Assembly: GCF_001194135.2 (NCBI RefSeq)
Contig: NC_068987.1
Location: 12,286,441-12,350,440 of the forward strand
Length of the DNA: 64,000 nt
Direction of reading: 5' to 3'
DNA from: Octopus bimaculoides
Lineage: Eukaryota
Position 1 is the stretch's first letter, and every line of letters begins with the position of its first letter. A program made the position numbers and the translations under genes. The notes below the pieces were generated by a model. That model did no database searches. It worked only from the letters and a program-made list of their open reading frames with translations, and was not told where the DNA came from. Below are positions 34,712 to 46,973 of this stretch, one piece after another.

Positions 34712-35049
34712 ATGTCTCCAAAGAAGAGATCCTCCATTAGTTGAAAAACGGCAGTAGCAGAGAAATTGAAAAGAAGGAGAGCAAATGAACCATCACAGGA
34801 GACTTCATTTAGACAATCACAAAATACTGCATGTACAGCGATGAGCAGCATAGTATTTGCCTGGCCAGAAGTACTGCATTACCAGCTTCAGCACACGCTG
34901 AATAGAGTCAAGAAGAGCATGCTATTTATCATACAAGAAATACTACAGCACCTGCTGCTGCATGAGCTGTAGACAGTGAAGAACAACATGCAGTTCGCCA
35001 TATAAGGAATGCTGCATTCATTTCTACATGATTTCATGTGACTGCATAG
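34712..35049 (+). pseudogene. Probable Helitron Rep/helicase N-terminal fossil with 23-24-aa repeats
   Basis: MSPKKRSSIS*KTAVAEKLKRRRANEPSQE, then in a shifted frame SDEQHSICLARSTA..A / E*SQEEHAIYHTRN..AAA*A / VDSEEQHAVRHIRNAA. This resembles the MPPKKRS + (ESxEQRxxRLxxNxxRxAxxRA)n starts I recall for Helitron ORFs. TGA stops sit at Arg positions (CpG decay). Confidence 0.55.
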
Positions 35050-35293
35050 GCTCAGTTTATGTTTCTTATTCTACAACCACACCAACAATCCAATGTTAAC
35101 AACTTTGCCTTGTACAACATTTACACAGTTCACTTCACCATTGTTGTCTCCCATTGTAGTCCCTTTCCAGAATGTACCCATTTATGTACAATATCTTCAT
35201 TATACTTACATTCATTCGACTGTCAACCTTACGATGGGTAAGCATTATACTGTCCACTGATTTACATTTTTACACTTGCCCGAACATATTTTA

Positions 35294-35426
35294 ATACAAT
35301 CCCCTAATAATATTTGATTATAAAAATATAAATGGGATTTTTAAAAACCTCAAATGGCTAAGAGGGTCCAGTACAGTAAAACAGGAAGCAAAGGGGATCA
35401 CCGGCAATAAATGGTTGGGAACCATG
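35294..35426 (+). mobile_element. 3' half of hAT (Charlie-like) MITE
   Basis: Ends in GGTTGGGAACCATG (TIR); homologous to 13147-13700. Confidence 0.55.
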
Positions 35427-36975
35427 GAACTAAACCATTCAAGGTGTTGCCCCAGCATGGCCACAGTCCAATAACTGAAACAAGTAAAAGATAAAAGAAG
35501 GCTGTCAAAACCCTTGCTGAGTTTTATAGTTCAATATTAACAGAAAAAAAGAAAAAGAAGAAATAGTTAAAGAGGATCTGTGTTGCTGTTTGATATTCTT
35601 TAGCAACAATTCACATTCCCCATTTTATTGTGTAATACAAAGAAACATGTCAACTCACATCAACTCCTTGTCACAATTAATGGCAGCACAGTTTATTAGT
35701 GAGGTTAGCAAATAATACACAAAACACTTTATTTGTTTCTTGTTTGTTTGGTTTTTTTTTTTTTCTATAAAAGCAAACTGAAAGCTATTTACTGAAACAA
35801 AACGAAGCTATTATTAACTAAGGCCATATTTATAACAATTTTGGGTCAGACACACAATACAAAGCAGATTTCTAAATATTTTTATCAGTATTATGTCAGT
35901 GTTGTTTAACCTAGGATCAGTCCTGCTTATTTATACTACTTTGATCCCAGGCGATCCAGCCATGACTGTCCAATTTCTTTTTTCAGACACAGAGTACAGT
36001 TTCCAATGTGTTGTCCCATTTTTAAGACAGCAGGATGAGCTACAGCGAAGATTTGGCTGCTGTTTCTAACACATTGAGTGACTTCAAAGAGACTATTTGT
36101 TTGTTCATTTAGATTCTAGTATCCCAACAATTCCAAAAAGTGTTACATTGAATAAATTTGAATATCTTAGCCAATAGTAGGCACAGGCACGGCTGTGTGG
36201 ATAAGACATTCACTTTGCAACCACATTGCTTTGGGTTCAATCCCACTGTGTAATACCTTAGATGTCTTCTTCCCTAGCCCCAAGACACACATGCATGCAT
36301 ACATACATACACATATGCATGCATACATAACATACATACATACATACATACATAAGATTCAAGCCATCAATGGAACTGTAAAGATATGTAAAACTTTCCA
36401 AAAATTTAGCACATAAATACATATGCATGCATCTAGACATAAAAACGCATCCATAAAACAAACATACAAATCTGCGCATACACTAACACCAAATACTGCA
36501 CACACACACACATATGCACAAATACCTAGATGATGTTGATAAAAGTTCCAATGAAGGAGCCTTGAATCTATGTTAGAGTCCGGCTCTTTCTCTATGGACA
36601 AGAAATACAGAAATGAAACTGATTGATAACATACATACATATTAAGTGCAACCATGTAATACAATTTTTTCTGCTAGGTAAGCAATAATTCCCTCACCAC
36701 TATCGAGTGACATAAGAAGGGGTCACAAGACACAGGAGTAAAGATACTACTTTAATTAGCAGGTATTATAGGAGAGGGGAATTTCATAACTATTCAAACA
36801 TGCACCTGGGAGGGGACAATTCCCTTTCTTGTCTCTCCTTTTGCTACACCTCAGTCATTATCTGATATAGGCCCTTTATCCAGTTATATTCTCTACCTGT
36901 TTCTTGTAATACAGCAAACAAGACTGTCCTCCATTTCTTTAAAATTGTTCAATTTACACCAACCTAGATTCAATC

Positions 36976-37300
36976 TGTGAAGGCCCATAGCTTAGTGGGT
37001 AGGGTATTTAGCTCATGATTGTAAGGTTGTGAGTTCATTTCCCTATGACATGTTATATCCTTGAGCAAGACACTTTATTTTATGTTGCTCTAGGCTCTTC
37101 AGCTGGCAAAAACGAGTTACACCTGTATTTCTAAAGGCTGGCTTTGTCACATTCTGTGTCACCCTGAATCACCCTGAAAACTACATTAAGAGTAGTTGTA
37201 TCTGTGGAGTGCTCAGCCACATACACATTAATTCCATCTGCAGGCTGTTCCGTTGATTGGATCAACTGGAACTTTTATCATTGTAACCAATGGAATACCA
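36976..37300 (+). mobile_element. SINE family D, long-tail variant
   Basis: TGTGAAGG head and CCTTGAGCAAGACACTT..CAGCTGGCAAAAA middle shared with 62295-62550, but a different 3' half. Confidence 0.7.
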
Positions 37301-39561
37301 GGTTTAATTTATCACCTGGTTTAACACCATCACCTGGTCCTTAAGTACCTTTAGTGCTAGCATCTAGGGCAGGTCTCCCTGTTTGAGGATACTTTCCTCT
37401 CCTGCTCCCATCAGTCTCAGAAGCCCTTCATAAACACTACCCTTCCATACTGATAAAATAAAAGGTAAAGTATTTCATTCTATGCACCTGCTTTTCCTCA
37501 AAATTAGAGAGCCTGTTTACAGTTGCTTGAAGGAAAGGGCACATTAAATACTCTGGCCTTACCTCTAAAACAGGGCAACTGGTCACAGGTGTGATCCTTT
37601 GATGATAGGTTTGTTTAATCAGGATTAACCTAAGGTTAAAAACAATGTTGTAACTAGTGTGTGTGTGTGTGTGCCACCCAAGGCAGCTCTTAAGTTTTCC
37701 ATCTTCCTCTCCATAGGCCCCAATCCAATACAGGCTTATACGGTAGACCCAAAAGTGAGGTTCCCATCAAAGCATCATCTGGGGCAAACTGTCCCCATCT
37801 TCACCTTTGAAACTGGTTAAACAAAGACAACTCATTGTTTTCTCTGTTATTACATCTCTTGTTCAGCAGTTCTCTTGTCATTGCTTCTCCAGCTCTAAAC
37901 CTACAACGACTCCAGACAAATTGTAACCAAGCAATCTCAGCTTTCACTTAGTCTAGAACATTCTAAAATGATTATGTGCACTGTGTTGACAGTGACTAAC
38001 AAATAGAAAATGCAGGATTTCATAGCATTTATTAAATCAATTCATTTTTATTACATTTGTTGGGTATAATTTATACATTAGCAAAACCAGCTGTGAGCAA
38101 GATACAACAATATGTACACGTATTTAGAATAGTGGCTTTACAGTTCTTTTGATTTTGTGATGTATTGAAGATTAACATTGGAAATCAAAAATAGTTTACC
38201 GATGCACTTCGAATGGAAGGGCAAAATTACTGGTGCACTCAACTTGGGAAGCTGAAAAACCTCAAAAACCTTAAAATTCAAATTATTCTGTCAAATGTAA
38301 TGCTTGTTGATTCGTATTATTTTGAGTTAATCATGCACTAATTCAAAGATTACGATGATGTGATTATTGATTTTTAGAATAACATTATAGGCAAGGCATG
38401 AGAGGCTAGATCTTTTTTGACTACAGGTACACTACTTACTTTCTGGAAAACCAGAAAATCCATACCATACCTGTATTACATAGGTAAGACCTTATAAACA
38501 TATGACTATTTTCACCTGAAGAAACCTCATTGTTTGCTGGTGTCATTCTGTTCATTAAATTCTAATTCAGTTACTTTTCACACTTTACTCATTATATGAT
38601 TCACCTCTTAATGAATAAATTGAGCTTTATTACATATCTTGTATGACATATGAGTGAATAAGAGAGAAATAATCTTCTTCGTTCGTCTTGTATGTCTCTG
38701 AAGATAACCAGATTAGCAGCTTTACTCTTTGTGGCTTATTATGCCAACAGGGTTGCTCAGACACTCGGGGATCTGGCAGAGCTCACCACTGCTTCCTTGG
38801 CCAAACAACAATTACATACACTGAGTTGTTTAGTGTGTGAGTTTGTGATTGACAGCTTTCAGCTATCCAGGTCTGCTTTCATTGTCACTGTTTCTAATCC
38901 AGGAGGGTATCCAACAAAATCCACCCTTCTTACCAAGTAGGCTAATTAGGGTTGCCAGCTTAGTTCCGATGACCCAACATAACTGGCTGTTGTGGGTCAC
39001 ATGTTACCAAAAGCACCAAGAGTGACCTGATTGTAAGTGTGATCTGACTAAGAGTTACCTGAAACATTACACTTATTATTTATATATGTAAAGATAGATT
39101 AGCTGAAACTGGACAAAACTGGATCATCAAAAAAAAAAGAAAAAAAAAAGAGAACCAGTTATATATTAGCATGAATCTAACTGAGTAATATCCAGCTTTC
39201 CTGAATACACTGTCTGACTATAAGACAGGACAGCCATGTCTGGAATGTATTGAATCATAGGTCTGCTGGACCAATACCTCCTTGGAGCTAAACAGCAAAT
39301 GAACAATGTCTTATAAATAACATCTGTACATGTCTTATTCAATAGCCTTTTGTAGATGAATAACACCAGTTTTATATAAGAGCAGGATATAGACAATTAC
39401 ATTGATCATACCTGGAATGTGATTAAACTGTGTAACTTGAAAGCAAACCAGTAAGATAGTAAATAAACATGAAGCATTCAGTTTTTATCTGCTTTTAGTT
39501 ATGATCGTTTCTACTGCTTTTAGTATGAATATTTGTTTTAGACTGACACAAGGCTACATGC

Positions 39562-39629
<68 letters not shown>

Positions 39630-39630
<1 letters not shown>

Positions 39631-40003
39631 GGAAAAAAATGCTTTCTAATTGATGTATCAATACCAGCAGATGACAACGTTTCCCTAAAAGAAATGGAGA
39701 AACTATCAAAATACAAAGACCTGGAAATAGAGGTAACTCGAATGTGGAATCTAAAAGCAGAAACAATTCCTATCATGGTAGGTATGATAAAAAGATATTC
39801 AGACGAATACATAACAAAAACACCAAGACTTACAAATATATATAACATACAGAAAATTGCACTACTGGGTACTGCACACATCCTACGCAAAACACTTTCA
39901 ATACAGTAACCATAAGAGCATCACAGCAAACCACAGCACATGCCCAAGGCACACAGAGCTGCGCTCAGTAGTGAAGTGAAAGCACGCTATAAAAATAAAA
40001 CTA

Positions 40004-40006
<3 letters not shown>
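39630..40006 (+). mobile_element. 5'-truncated RLE non-LTR retrotransposon (R4/Dong-like) flanked by (TAA)n
   Basis: Frame from 39631: GKKCFLIDVSIPADDNVSLKEMEKLSKYKDLEIEVTRMWNLKAETIPIMVGMIK..IQKIALLGTAHILRKTLSIQ* (restriction-like endonuclease C-terminus). About 100-nt 3' UTR. (TAA)n at 39564-39629 and 40007-40051. Confidence 0.85.
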
Positions 40007-40051
<45 letters not shown>

Positions 40052-40194
40052 CCTTTCTACAATAGGCACAAGGCCTGAAATTTTGAGGGAGGGGACAAGA
40101 ACTGGATGGATGCTAAAATATAGGATGCCTTGCCAGTCATACACATGAGAAAATGCAAAAGGTAGTTAACAGCTTCATGAAGACATTGTATCTT

Positions 40195-40410
40195 CTACTG
40201 TTTACTTGTTTCAGTCAAAGGACTGTGGCCATGCTGGGGCACCAACTTAAAGGTTTTAGTCAAGCATATTGACCCAGGTGCTAATTTTAAAATTTTGTAC
40301 TTAGTCTATTGGTTTCTTAGGCCAGACTGCTAAGTTACAGGGACGTAAACAAACCAACAACAGCTGTCAAGCGGTGAAGAGGACATACTCAAGTGCAAAA
40401 ACACAAACAC
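40195..40410 (-). mobile_element. SINE family A, 3' half
   Basis: TTTACTTGTTTCAGTC..CCATGCTGGGGCACC tail. Confidence 0.7.
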
Positions 40411-40429
40411 ATATATATATATTCATATA

Positions 40430-40551
40430 TGTGGTCTCAAGTTCAATCCCATTATGTGGCACCTTGGGCAAGTGCCTTCTACTATAGTCCCAGGTTAACA
40501 AAGCTATGTGAGGGTATTTGGTACACAGGAACTGAATGACGCCTGTTGCAT

Positions 40552-40628
<77 letters not shown>

Positions 40629-40745
40629 TATCTTTGTCTCACATTTCCAGTCTATCATGAAAACATGTCTAGCTGTGGAGAAATATTATCTTGCCTGGAA
40701 ATAGGTAACATCTGACAACAGGAGAGCATCCAGTCATAGAAAATT
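40430..40745 (+). mobile_element. A-head / E-tail SINE, diverged
   Basis: GGCACCTTGGGCAAGTG head, TG tract, then AACATGTC..GAAATATTATCTTG..GCATCCAG tail. Confidence 0.6.
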
Positions 40746-41121
40746 GGTATTACATGACAATGATGATGCCGATCGTGGTGACACTGATGCTGATGATGAT
40801 GAAGATGACGACAACGACGACGACAATCATGACAATATATGACAGGATTCCACGTAATTTCTGTGCACCATATTTACTCACAAGGCATTGGCTGGCCCAT
40901 GTTATAGCAGAAGACACTTGGGTATGGTGATGTTAGATGGGGCTGAACCTGAATATGCTATTATTATGTTGTCATTTGAATCAGGCAAGTGATCAAAACA
41001 TTTCCAGTGAATTTGCTTAGATTATTCCTTCTTACAAACCAACAAGCTTCACTTCGAGGAAAAAGATAGCCAGTGTATCAGTTTTGATGATAATAACAGT
41101 TATTTTTCTTTTTTCCCCTTT

Positions 41122-41162
<41 letters not shown>

Positions 41163-41434
41163 TCTTAAAGTAAAATACAAAAATCTTATTTTCCAAGAAT
41201 TATACGATCAGTTATATGGCTGGAAGCTGACATTTTGACATTTAGCCATAACATTCACAGGATATTAAACAAAGAACCTAACAGAATTTGAAACAGAAAT
41301 ACTTAGTAATTTAGAATGACAGCTACTTCAAAATATTATTGCTTGTTGTTCACTATAATATCATCTTGCTTTCTTCGATTTGGTTTCACTATGGGTTTCT
41401 ATAAAGTGGGAATGCAAACAATGAAAATGGACTA

Positions 41435-41690
41435 ACTGTATTTACTTGTGTATAAGCTGCACTTTTGTATAAGTTGCACCCTCAATTTAGGGCTAAATCC
41501 CTGAACAAATTTTTTGCTTATAAGCGTGGGAACAAAATTTGTTTGAAGGGGCACAAAACTAGGTCCAATCCAGGATGTACAAAGCATCTTTATCATTGTC
41601 CCACCAACATTTTTAAGGAATGTGCTTGACAAGTCTATGGATTTTAAGGGCTTTGCTTTATCCAGTGTATAAATCAACACCAGCTTTTTC
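41435..41690 (+). mobile_element. pogo/Tigger-type terminal fragment
   Basis: CTGTATTTACTTGTGTATAAGCTGCAC with subterminal repeats GTATAAGTTGCACC / GTATAAATCAACACC. Confidence 0.45.
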
Positions 41691-41934
41691 CAAGGAGCTA
41701 CTATAATTTTGGTATTGAGACTTTTGGGTTTCTTTTTGTTTTTTATATACCATGAACACCATCATGACCCATTGGGTCACTTAAATTTCTCACCATGTAA
41801 TCTATCTCAAGTACAAAGTCAGCCTGAAGGAGCTCCACTCTCATTCAACCAGGACTCATAAAGCTGATTACACATGGTGCAAGTGACTGAGATTTCAAGA
41901 TTCTCCTCGAACAGAATGTTGGTTTATTGCAGGG

Positions 41935-42335
41935 TTCAATTTTGAGGAGAGGGGACAAGCCAATTACATCGATTCCAGTAGTTGACAGGTACTTTGTTTT
42001 AACCCTTTAGCATTTAAACTGGCCATATTTGGCCAAAAGTATTCTGCTTGTTTTATGTTCAAACTGGCCAAATCTGGTCTCTCACACCAACCCTACAATA
42101 TCATTTTGAAAATTAACAGCTACCTCATCAAAATCTCATAGCTACAAGATAATGCATGATTAGTTCAAAACAATGTGGATGAAAAACCATTAATTTTGGC
42201 AGAATAATGCAACCACTAAAGGGTTAATCAACCTCAAAGTGGACCTTGGTGGGATTTGGACTTTGAAAGTAAAGAGCTGGAAAAAATACCACTAACATCA
42301 CTAAAATGTGCTAACAATTCTGCCAGCTCACTTCA
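41935..42335 (-). mobile_element. SINE family B split by a piggyBac-type MITE
   Basis: Tail half 41935-42002 and head half 42224-42335 rejoin at TTAA. Confidence 0.75.
42003..42223 (-). mobile_element. piggyBac-type MITE
   Basis: TTAA|CCCTTTAGCATT ... CACTAAAGGG|TTAA. Confidence 0.85.
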
Positions 42336-43128
42336 TTCATTAGATCATTGACCAATGCTAAAAAAAAAAAAAGAAAAGGTTTCCATATATCACCAGTCGT
42401 AAAAATTTCCATCATTCTATAAGACTTACGTTGCTAACGAAGCATCAAGAAGTGTCAGTTTTGCATTTGGCCATTACAAAAAAACAGACACCATAATCAA
42501 ATTATATCATGGAACTGTAAATAATTTTTATTTGTCTTTCTCTTTCAGTCACGATATCCTGGTATTATATTTTGTATGTAGTTAACTGACTACAAAGAAA
42601 GACACTTTGTTTGAGAGACGATTGAAATAACATTACAAATAAAAGAGAAACCATTGATGGGGTTATTTACGAGATGCACTGAAGTTACGGTTAATTGAAA
42701 ATTGAAATGTTGATGGGAAAGAAATTGATACGACTGTCCTTCTTTAAAAACTGATCGAGTAGCAATTAATGAATGACAAAGGAAATTGTTGTGATTAAAA
42801 TTAAATGAATGAGTAAATAAATAAACAAATAAATAAATAAGGTTGTGGTTTCTGATTGGATCGTTAATGCTTTTAAAATTAACGAGACAGTACATTTGTA
42901 ATAAGAGTCATGAAGATAATGTTTCAGACATGGCTGTATGGTTAAGAACTTCGTTTTGCAGTTTGGGGTTGAATTCCATTGTACAGCACTTGAACTGATG
43001 TAACCTTGTTGCTGAAGCCTATTCTTTGAGTGCAATCTGGTAGGTAAAATCTAAGTAGAAGGCCATCATGCACCAACACATGTAAGTATATATACATATA
43101 CACCTACATTTATATACATATATAAATG

Positions 43129-43190
<62 letters not shown>

Positions 43191-43200
43191 NNNNNNNNNN

Positions 43201-43265
<65 letters not shown>

Positions 43266-43670
43266 AAACAGAGAGAATTAAAAGAGAGAGAATAAATGTA
43301 TGATCTGACCCCGTCTCCTCATATAACACTGCCCCTTTGTGGTTTGTGTCTAGACCCTTGTGGTCTAGAAAGCTATATGGCAACCTCACTAGTGCTGGTT
43401 GCACAAAAAAGCACCCAGTACATAATGTATACTGATTGGTGTTAGGAAAGGTATCCAACCATAAAAACTATGCCAAAGCAGACAACACAATGTAGTCCTT
43501 GAGCCCAGCAGATCCTGCCAAACTGTCCAGCCTATACCAATATAATAAATGATGATGATAATGATAATGATTATGATAATGTTGATGATGACAGTCCAGT
43601 TTTTCTAAACTATCTTCATTTTTATTGAATAAATTACTTACATATTGATCAAATTTTAATTAATACGCAT

Positions 43671-44075
43671 GGCGCAGGAGTGGCTGTGTGGTAAGTAGCT
43701 TGCTTACCAACCACATGGTTCCGGGTTCAGTCCCACTGCGTGGCACTTTGGGCAAGTGTCTTCTACTATTGACCAAAGCCTTGTGAGAGGATTTGGTAGA
43801 CAGAAACTGAAAGAAGCCTGTTGTATATATGTATATATATCTATGTATGTGTGTTTGTGTGTCTGTGTTTGTTCCCCCAACATCGCTTGACAACCGATGC
43901 TGGTGTGTTTACGTCCCCGTAACTTAGTGGTTTGGCAAAAAGAGACCGATAGAATAAGTACTAGGCTTACAAAGAATAAGTCCTGGGGTCAATTTTCTCG
44001 ACTAAAAGGCGGTGCTCCAGCGTGGCCGCAGTCAAATGACTGAAACAAGTAAAAGAGAGAAAAGAGTAAAGAGAG
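43671..44075 (+). mobile_element. SINE family A, full length, young
   Basis: GGCGCAGGAGTGGCTGTGTGG head; most CpGs intact. Confidence 0.9.
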
Positions 44076-44415
44076 TATGGTGATGTTGAATTGAGGTCTT
44101 AAGTATCATCACTGCCAAGCAATCAGAATATTTGTAATTACAAATGTGAACGACACATCTTAGCAGTTAATTCAAACACCAAGAATTTCCTGATAATAAT
44201 CTTGCTCAACCAGCATATTAATAAGAAATTTCCTTTTCAGTGAACCAGCCGAACTTTTGTATATATTTTAAAAAGAGTACAACTAGTAATTACCATTTTA
44301 TCTGGTTTCGTTTCGCCCACATTGTGTGATGTCATGCGATATAGAAACACAATGAACATTTTGATAAAAGGAAATCCTACATGACTCAGTATATTTCAGT
44401 CTAACTGTGTCAGTG

Positions 44416-44580
44416 TGTGAAGGTACCTGGCTTAGTGATTATGACATTGGATTCACAATCATAAAGACATGGGTTCAACTTTTGGATCGGGTTGTTCAAT
44501 GTGTTCTTGAACACAGCATTTACATTTCACAATGCTCTTCTTTATCCAGCTGAAATGGGTACCAACTAAATGCTGGTGCA
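44416..44580 (+). mobile_element. SINE family D, diverged
   Basis: GTGTGAAGG..TGGCTTAGTG head; TGTTCTTGA..CCAGCTGAAATGGGTACC middle. Confidence 0.6.
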
Positions 44581-44646
44581 ACCTTCTTTATCCCACTCTT
44601 TCTCTCTCTCTTCCTCTGGCTGTAGCATGCTGAGGTTGCATTAGAC

Positions 44647-44922
44647 TAGTGGTTCCCAAAGCTGGTGGTACTGACCACCTGGGGGCAGTGGAAAGATCCA
44701 GAAAATGTTGAAGAAAAGTGAGGTGATAATAGGGTGACCAAAAGGGCAATGGATATAAAAATAGTAAAATAATGGGTTAATTAGGTTAAGGTCATTTGTG
44801 ATATACTGTCACTTTGAATTTGCTGCAGAAAATAGTCTACATTTGTGGTGGTGAGGTAAAGCACTAGGAATATGACCTGGGCACAAAGGGAGCAGCAATC
44901 TGAAAATGTTTTTGAACCACTG
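44647..44922 (+). mobile_element. hAT (Charlie-like) MITE with 8-bp TSD
   Basis: cattagac|TAGTGGTTCCCAAA ... TTTTGAACCACTG|cattaggt. Confidence 0.75.
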
Positions 44923-45129
44923 CATTAGGTCAAGTGTGTTTATGTCTGCATAGAGCTACATAGAAACACTAATTGAAAGCGAGCTGGCAGAAACGTTAGC
45001 AAGCCAGGCGAAATGCTTAGCAGTATTTCATCTGCTGCTACATTCTGAGTTCAAATTCTGCCGAGGTCGACTTAGCCTTTCATTCTTTCAGGTTCAATTA
45101 AATAAGTACCAGTTACGCACTACTGTGTG

Positions 45130-45400
45130 TGTGTGTGTGTGTGTACATGTATGTGTATTATACTGTCTCCTTGCCTTGACTTTGTGTGACGCTTGTAAAT
45201 GAGTGTCACCACTGTGCACACAATGTCCTTTGTTGCCAATATTCCGTAAAAACATGTCAGGCTATGGGAAAATATCACTTTACTGGGAACTAGGTGAGGG
45301 TTGTTGACAGGAAGGGCATCTGGGCATAAATAAATCTACCCTTAGCAAATTCTATCTGACCAATACTAGCATGGGAAAATGAACATTAAAATGATGATGA
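45130..45400 (+). mobile_element. Tail E after a TG tract; preceded by a truncated SINE B at 44978-45120
   Basis: GTAAATGAGTGTCACC..GACAGGAAGGGCATC..AGCATGGGAAAATGAACATTAAAA(TGA)n. Confidence 0.7.
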
Positions 45401-45700
45401 CGACGATGATGATAATGGGGATGATGATGATGACAACCAGGACAATGACAATGATGACGATGATGACAGTGATGATCATGCTGATAATAATACATTCAAA
45501 CTTCAGGTTATTTCTATACGTAATACAACTTCAATCTGATTTAATCTGTGTTTCTGAATTTACGTTATTAGATTTGAAAACTAATTATGATCAGATTATA
45601 TCATGATACAACAAAAACAGAATTATTATACAAGAAATATTCTAGCTGTAACTAACATGCAGTCTTCAGCCAACACACCCAGAACTGTATGTGTGTATGT

Positions 45701-45731
<31 letters not shown>

Positions 45732-45914
45732 CATGCACAAATGCATATATGTGTGTGTGTGTGTGTGTGTGTTTTTTATTGAAGCTGAAAAAATTGTCAA
45801 AAACTGTTTCTCTAAGTTTCCCATAAATGATTGTTTGTGAAGTTTTTTAAATCATTATATTTGATTTTTTACAATTAATAGTTAAATACTGTCTTAGTCG
45901 TGGAAGATACAGGC

Positions 45915-46125
45915 GTCACATGACTGGCACTCATGCTAGTGGCACGTAAAAAGCATGCATTACACTCTTGGAGTGGTTGGTGTTAGGAAGGGCATCCAAG
46001 AGTAAAAAAACCATGTCAAATCAGACTGGAGTTTGATGCAGCCCCTCAGCTTACCAGCCCTGATAAAACTGTCTGACCCATACTAGCATACACAAATAGA
46101 TGTTAAATGATGATGATGATGATGC
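45915..46125 (+). mobile_element. RTE-tail family C
   Basis: GGCACGTAAAAAGCA..GGAGTGGTTGGTGTTAGGAAGGGCATCC..TTAAA(TGA)n. Confidence 0.8.
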
Positions 46126-46180
46126 TATCTTTCCCCTTTGCTCTGCATAAATGTACTCATACATATGCAATGTCTGTGTA

Positions 46181-46905
46181 TTAGGTTGGAAAGAAATTCC
46201 TTTTGCATTTCAAGATAGGAAATAAATAAATATTTCTTCCGTCTTAACGGATATATTTAATAAAGATTATTGATAACTTATGACTGTTTATCTAGTAAAC
46301 CGTAGATCCCTCAGGTGTAAATTCTTCAGGTTTTAAAGTAAAGACACTCAAAATCATTTAGCCACTTCACAACTGATAAATATATAATTTTGCAATGATC
46401 TGAAAAGATGATAGACAGATGGAGCAAGGCCAGCAGAGTTAGGAGAATGAGATAAAACTCTTATATTTAATGCCATAATCTTTGCCTGAATGACTTGAGC
46501 AATATGTTCTCTTGTATTATTGTGTAAGAACAACACCTTTTTAGGAAGAGCAATGATGGGTTCAATTCCTGGAAATTTTGGTGTTGTGCTTCCAATTGAT
46601 GACATTACTTCTCCACAAGAAGACCAGTACTCCACAGCAGAAGCGTTAAGGTCACTTCCCGCTGGTAAAGTCATGTGCACTTGCACGGGTGCCATGTATT
46701 TGCACTCATGTGATGCCGCATAAAAATACCCAGTACATTCTGTAAAGTGGCTGGTGTTGGGAAGGGCATCCAGCCACAGTAAGCAACCATGCTAAATCAG
46801 ATTGGAGCTTGGTGCAACTCTCCATCTCCAGCTTGCCCCCTCTGGTCAAACTGTCCAATCCATGCGAGCATGGACAACAGATGTTAAGTGATGATGATGA
46901 GGAGG

Positions 46906-46973
<68 letters not shown>

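Noticed and set aside
38692-38940. ORF with a signal-peptide-like start (MSLKITRLAALLFVAYY)
   Set aside because: No recognisable domain or cleavage sites; more likely an old repeat fragment.
43671-43745. tRNA genes at SINE heads (families A, B, D, H)
   Set aside because: A/B boxes are present, but each continues into a SINE body and lacks a clean cloverleaf.
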